A DNA stretch of 64,000 nt, from assembly GCA_963801355.1 (NCBI GenBank), contig CAWDEM010000008.1, positions 1,184,001-1,248,000 of the forward strand. Direction: 5' to 3'. The notes under the pieces are model-generated. The model made no database searches and had not been told where the DNA came from. It saw only the letters and a program-made list of their open reading frames with translations. The translations under genes were made by a program, and so were the position numbers. Positions 59,230 to 64,000 of this stretch are shown here, one piece after another. The stretch's first letter is position 1. Each line of letters begins with the position of its first letter. The stretch comes from Ignavibacteriota bacterium (lineage in GTDB: Bacteria > Bacteroidota > Ignavibacteria > UBA10030 > UBA6906).

Positions 59230-61245
59230 ATGAACGCACCACTGCGCGGGTGGAGAGTCACGGCGTGCGTGCTGATTTGTATCGCCGGCATCGGACAAAG
59301 CTCTCATGGAACGGATGATCCGGTGCTGTATTTCTCCGATATCGCGAGCGGACCTCGCACCGGCAACACCGATGTCTCACTCGGTCAGATCTCCGGCCAG
59401 GACGGCGCGATTGTGACGATTTGGGGTAGAAACTTTGGTGCTCCCGGAACGGCCACGGTCACCTGCAACGGCGCAACAGCGGCATACTATTACGCACAAG
59501 AGAATGCCACACGGCCGGCCAATCTCACGACGTACCATCGCATGGAGATGATTTCTTTCCAGATCCGGAATACAGCACAGGACGGGTTTGGCTCCATCAC
59601 CGTTGTCGTAAACGGCAAACAATCCAATACCCTCCCCTTCACCGTCCGTCCGGGAAATATCTACTATGTGAAAAGCACAGGGAGCGACGTAACGGGAAAC
59701 GGAACGTGGGCGAATCCGTGGCAGACCATCGCCGCCGCAAAGGACTCCATCGTGCCGGGAGACATCGTCTACGTTTGCAATGGCGTGCATCAGGTGACGG
59801 AGACTGAATACGGCGCATGCGTGAACCTCGGCACACATGGTGAACCCGGAAAGCCAAAGGCGCTCGTGGTGTATCCCGGTGCAACAGCTATGGTTGGCAA
59901 CGACTCTCTCTATTATGCCTTCCAGTCATTCTATGCGGATACCGGAGGGAGTTCGCGCCACTGGGTTGTCGCCAAGTTCACAGTCCGGACTGCAGGCGTG
60001 AGCGTTCCCGCGCAGACCGGATATCGCGTGATCGGCAACCTGATGACGGCTCCGAACGGCGACGGAGCCGATGCCGCCATCACCGTGGAAGGTGACAGCG
60101 TAGTCGTCGCCGGCAATGAGCTGGACAATGTGGGGAGACCGGACTGCGACAAACTCTACCACGGGATTTACGGCAAAGGATTCCGCACCGATGTGCCTCC
60201 CCGTGCGCCGACAGAATCCGAACGGGAGATCGCATGGAACTACATTCACGATTGCCAATCCGACCGCGCCATCGACCTCTACAGCGAACAGCCATTCTCT
60301 GCGTTTATACAACGGCACAGAATCCACGATAATGTCATCATCAATCAGCATGGCGACGGGATTCTGATCGGCTATTACGTCGTCGGGGAAAACTGGATCT
60401 ACAATAACCTCATCGTGAGGGCGGGACTTGGCCCGGAGTGGGCCGGCGGTGAGGCATCTTCTCACGCGGGAATCCGGATCGATTGCGGACACGAAACGGG
60501 GCCTGCCACTACTATCTATTGCTACAACAATACGCTCGTTGCGTGCGGATGGCCGGGTGCGGTCTGGCATGAGGAGAGCGGGCACTTGTACGTAAGTCCT
60601 CTTGCACTTTCGCGCGCAACAACAGTGGACTTCCGGAACAACATCATCCTCTCCGGAGGTGAACCGTACGCCGCAGAAGCCTCCGGCACGATGCCATCCG
60701 GAAACCACAATAACTGTTGGTACGGTGCGGGGAGCGCCCCACCGTGGGACCTCAATGCCATCAATGCCCCTCCTGTGTTTGCAGACACCAACACCAGCGA
60801 CTTTCGCCTGGCCCCCGGAAGCCCGTGCATCAACACTGGACAGGATGTCTCAACGGTGGTGGGGCGGGATCTCCTGGGAACGCCGCGTCCGCAGGGCCCT
60901 TCGTTCGACCTCGGGGTCTACGAATCTGAATCCGCCGTGGCAGTCGGCATGTCCGGAAACGACACGGAAGCGTATCTCCTCACACCGTGCTATCCGAATC
61001 CGTTTAATCCGTCTACAACGATTTCTTTTGCGCTGCCTCAACGGACCCGCGTTCAGCTCTCGATCGTCGATGCAATCGGGCGGCTGGTCCGGACACTCCT
61101 CGACGACAATCGATCAGCGGGAACACACACCGTCGTATGGGATGGCAGCAACTCACAGGGCGTCCCAGCCGCAGCCGGCGTCTACTTCTGCCGCATGCGT
61201 ACCGGCAGCTGGCAGGCCACAGAACAATTGCTCTTGATCCACTGA
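59230..61245 (+). CDS. Secreted IPT/TIG plus right-handed beta-helix (pectin-lyase-fold) protein with FlgD-like/T9SS CTD
   Basis: VTIWGRNFG, GSDVTGNGTWANPWQTI..PGDIVYV, HGIY, NYIHD, IYNNLI, DFRLAPGSPCIN..DLGVYE and YPNPFNPSTTI..VWDG. Confidence 0.85.
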   Translation: MNAPLRGWRVTACVLICIAGIGQSSHGTDDPVLYFSDIASGPRTGNTDVSLGQISGQDGAIVTIWGRNFGAPGTATVTCNGATAAYYYAQENATRPANLTTYHRMEMISFQIRNTAQDGFGSITVVVNGKQSNTLPFTVRPGNIYYVKSTGSDVTGNGTWANPWQTIAAAKDSIVPGDIVYVCNGVHQVTETEYGACVNLGTHGEPGKPKALVVYPGATAMVGNDSLYYAFQSFYADTGGSSRHWVVAKFTVRTAGVSVPAQTGYRVIGNLMTAPNGDGADAAITVEGDSVVVAGNELDNVGRPDCDKLYHGIYGKGFRTDVPPRAPTESEREIAWNYIHDCQSDRAIDLYSEQPFSAFIQRHRIHDNVIINQHGDGILIGYYVVGENWIYNNLIVRAGLGPEWAGGEASSHAGIRIDCGHETGPATTIYCYNNTLVACGWPGAVWHEESGHLYVSPLALSRATTVDFRNNIILSGGEPYAAEASGTMPSGNHNNCWYGAGSAPPWDLNAINAPPVFADTNTSDFRLAPGSPCINTGQDVSTVVGRDLLGTPRPQGPSFDLGVYESESAVAVGMSGNDTEAYLLTPCYPNPFNPSTTISFALPQRTRVQLSIVDAIGRLVRTLLDDNRSAGTHTVVWDGSNSQGVPAAAGVYFCRMRTGSWQATEQLLLIH

Positions 61246-61260
61246 TCAGGCTGTGTCAAT

Positions 61261-64000
61261 ATGAACGGAGGCATCATGGTCCGCACAACGGTGGCCTTTC
61301 GATCGAGCATATCCGCAGTTCTCATTCTTCTTTGCGCATTCGCTCAGGCGCAGACGACAGTCACTCTCGTCCCCTCACAAGACGCCTATGTCAACGACTC
61401 CTCCCCCACCACTAACTTCAACACCTCGTTTCTTGTGGTGGGACGGAGCAGCACGGAATTCCTTCCAAAATACAGGACGTACATCCGCTTCAACGTCGGC
61501 ACCATACCCGCCTCCGCGGTGGTGACAAGCGCCCAACTCCGCCTCTCCCTTCAGGCGTTGGAGGGGACCAGCGCAATGACGATGGATGTGCGCAGAGCCC
61601 TCGCCACCTGGACGGCCACCACGGTCACCTGGGACAATCAGCCTCAGAACAGCACGCCGGTAGCCACCGTGAGCGTCGGATCAACCATAGGAAGCACCAC
61701 CTCGATCGCACTCGATTCGGTCGTGCAAGATTGGGTCAACGGCTCGACGGTGAACTACGGCATGATGCTCATGCTATCAAACGAATCCTCCACGGGCCGG
61801 ACACGGACGTTCGCGAGCAACAACCATGCGACGACGGGCATCAGGCCGCAGCTGGTGGTCACGTATTCCCTCCCCGCCGATATTGTCGTCAGCCCGCTTT
61901 CCCTATCCTTCGGCAGTCAGATCGTCGGCGAGCTTTCCGCATCGAAGATCGTAACGATGCAGAACACGGGAGGGCTCAACCTGACGGTGTCAGGCATTAC
62001 GAGCACAAGCGGCAATTTCCTCCTTGAGGGAATCCCGTCACTTCCGGCGGTCATTGCCCCGGGAGGCAGCACGGCGTTCAAAGTCCGCTTCAAGCCGCTG
62101 ACAACGGGTATCAAATCCGGCTCCATTCTCATTGCCAGCAACGACGGGGACGAAAGCACTGTCCCGGTATCGTGCACCGGCACGGGGGTGGCACCGGAGA
62201 TTGCTGTCACGCCGACCTCTCTCCTGTTCCCCGATCAGCTTCTGAACACGACTTCGGCTGATCAGACCATCAGAATCAAGAACGAGGGAACTGCAACGCT
62301 GACGGTCAGCTCACTCGTGAGTTCTGCATCGGAGTATGCTCTCGCCAACCTTCCGGCTCTTCCTGCCTCCGTCGCATCGGGGGTGGAGATCTCTTTCAAT
62401 GTCCGTTTTACTCCCACGGTGGCCGGGAACCGGAGCGGGACGATTTCCATTTCCAGCAACGACAGCGACGAAGGCCTTGTTACCGTTGCGTGTTCCGGAA
62501 CGTGCGTTCTGCCAAGGGTGACTATCGCGCCTGCGTCGCTGATCTTCGGCAGCCAGGTCATGGGCGCTTCCTCCCAACCGCTGACTGCAACGATAAAGAA
62601 TGAAAGTGCGGTGCAGGTGACGGTAATCAGCATTTCCAGCGGCGACAACGATTTCCTTCTGTCGAGTCCGCCCGCCCTCCCAGCACCCGTCGCGGGAGGA
62701 GGCCAGCTTCCCTTCAGCGTTGTCTACCGCCCTGACAGCGTAAAGAGCGACAGCGGGGCCGTCAATGTCGCCGTGCGCATCAGCGCCTGACAGCGTCAAA
62801 GTCATCTCCCTCCCCGTGAGCGGCATCGGGGTCGCTCCCCAGATTGACCTCCCACTTGTACCCGAACAGATGGCCTACCGCTGGGACCGTGTTGCCGTGA
62901 ATACGCTTTCTACGACTCAGGCGGTCGTCCTCAGGAATCCCGGGACAGTTGCGCGAACGATCACAGATATCCGGGCCGGGTGTGACGCAGATTCCGATCG
63001 CTGGAACATCCTCAACAGCGTGTCATTTCCTGCTGTAATTCCGGGGGGCGGTTCACTCAAGGTCGGTGACGTTCAATTCGCACCAACGAATGTGCTCACG
63101 TCCCTTGACGCGATCGAGATCACCACCAACGCCCCCGTCAACCCGACGGTCAGAATCCGGTTGGAGGGGAGGAGCATCGACCCCTCCACGCCGGATTTCT
63201 ACACAGACCTCCGTGCGTACAGAGTTGAGTTCGACAAACTTAAGTATGCCGACGGCGAGCAGATCTGGATACGGTTTCTGCCGGCGAGCGGCAACAATCC
63301 CGGCAGCGAAGCGACTGTGTACATCGTCTCCCCGCAACAGAGCGATATTGAGCGTATCATCCTCAAGAACTCCGGGGTCGGGACACAGGACTACGGGCAG
63401 GTCAACACCATCAGGACCACCGGGGCTACCTCTTCGCAATTTGACGGCAAGCTCTCGGCGCAAACCGGGGAATTCTTCTTCTTGTTCTACCAAGGTCCAA
63501 ACGCGCTTCCTACGGTGGGCGGCACCATTGGGGATTTCGCCTTCATGAAGGGGGGAGTGCCACGAGGCCTTTTCTCATTGGCAAGTGACAGCGCGGTGAC
63601 ACCGAAGACTCCCTCTGTGCCGGGACGCCCAGGGGAAACATCGCGCGGGTTGGTTGCAGTTGCAAGGTCAAGTCCACTGGCCGGCATCGCAGGTGACGAT
63701 CAGATTATCATTCAGCCGCGCGACATGACCGAGCTGAACGACTTCCTCCAGCAGTACAACGGCCGGGTGGTCGACGATGGCACGCGCGCGGGTGCAGGGT
63801 CGTTCGCCAACAGGCACTATTATCTTGTGCGCCTCAGTCCGGACAGTGCAGACCTGACCGACTTCGCATTCACGGCAGAGCTGGCGGGAGTGCACGGGAA
63901 CCTCCGGTCGTCCGCAACAGCGAGGATCAGCCAGCTCTTTGCCATACTGGCAAACGAACAGCTCGAGAGCCGTCGGGTTTCCCTCAATCCGCGCGTCCAA
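61261..64000 (+). CDS. Large secreted protein: DNRLRE/CBM96-like domain plus four Ig-like (choice-of-anchor D/ASH) repeats, +1 frameshift near 62775, runs off window
   Basis: QDAYV..YIRF..SAQLRL..VTWDNQP..NYG, then repeated P.SL.FG..NTG..L.V units. After the stop at 62790 the shifted frame (ASAPDSVKVISLPVSGIGVAPQI..) stays open to 64000 by hand translation. Confidence 0.8.

Noticed and set aside
1-64000. tRNA, rRNA, riboswitch or IS transposase
   Set aside because: None recognisable by eye. An Infernal/Rfam and tRNAscan run on the intergenic gaps (for example 24667-24998, 33571-33888, 40492-40795) would be needed to exclude them.

Overview
64 kb of accessory-type DNA from a T9SS-using FCB-group bacterium. 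Many C-terminal sorting domains with the QNYPNPFNPSTTI motif and TAnnTTTG promoter boxes suggest an Ignavibacteria/Bacteroidota-like lineage (inference). Left to right: two membrane Ser/Thr kinase-TPR genes; a CotH/LTD secreted protein; three near-paralogous BNR/YCF48-like beta-propeller T9SS proteins interleaved with an HlyD-VTC-DUF4956 module; an SGNH hydrolase; more T9SS cargo including a papain-like peptidase; an ECF sigma/anti-sigma cassette with a decayed duplicate and a degenerate sigma54-activator-like gene; an unusual operon at 33.9-40.1 kb; a BrnT remnant with an intact antitoxin; a psrABC-yeeE-yeeE-rhodanese-mobA sulfur respiration cluster; a 2-hydroxyacyl-CoA dehydratase activator fusion; LytS/LytTR and propeller-sensor/NarL two-component systems; and two large secreted proteins. 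The 33.9-40.1 kb operon joins phage-type replication initiator/loader-like genes to a half-size TolC-like protein, a YdjM-hydrolase/membrane-fusion-protein hybrid and a membrane-anchored P-loop ATPase, and is the best candidate for an undescribed system. Several small palindromic or tandem repeat families occur, some inside coding sequence. At least five genes are broken by single +1 insertions, probably long-read errors. I saw no rRNA, tRNA, CRISPR, integrase or transposase. All family assignments are from motif recognition by eye, not database searches.
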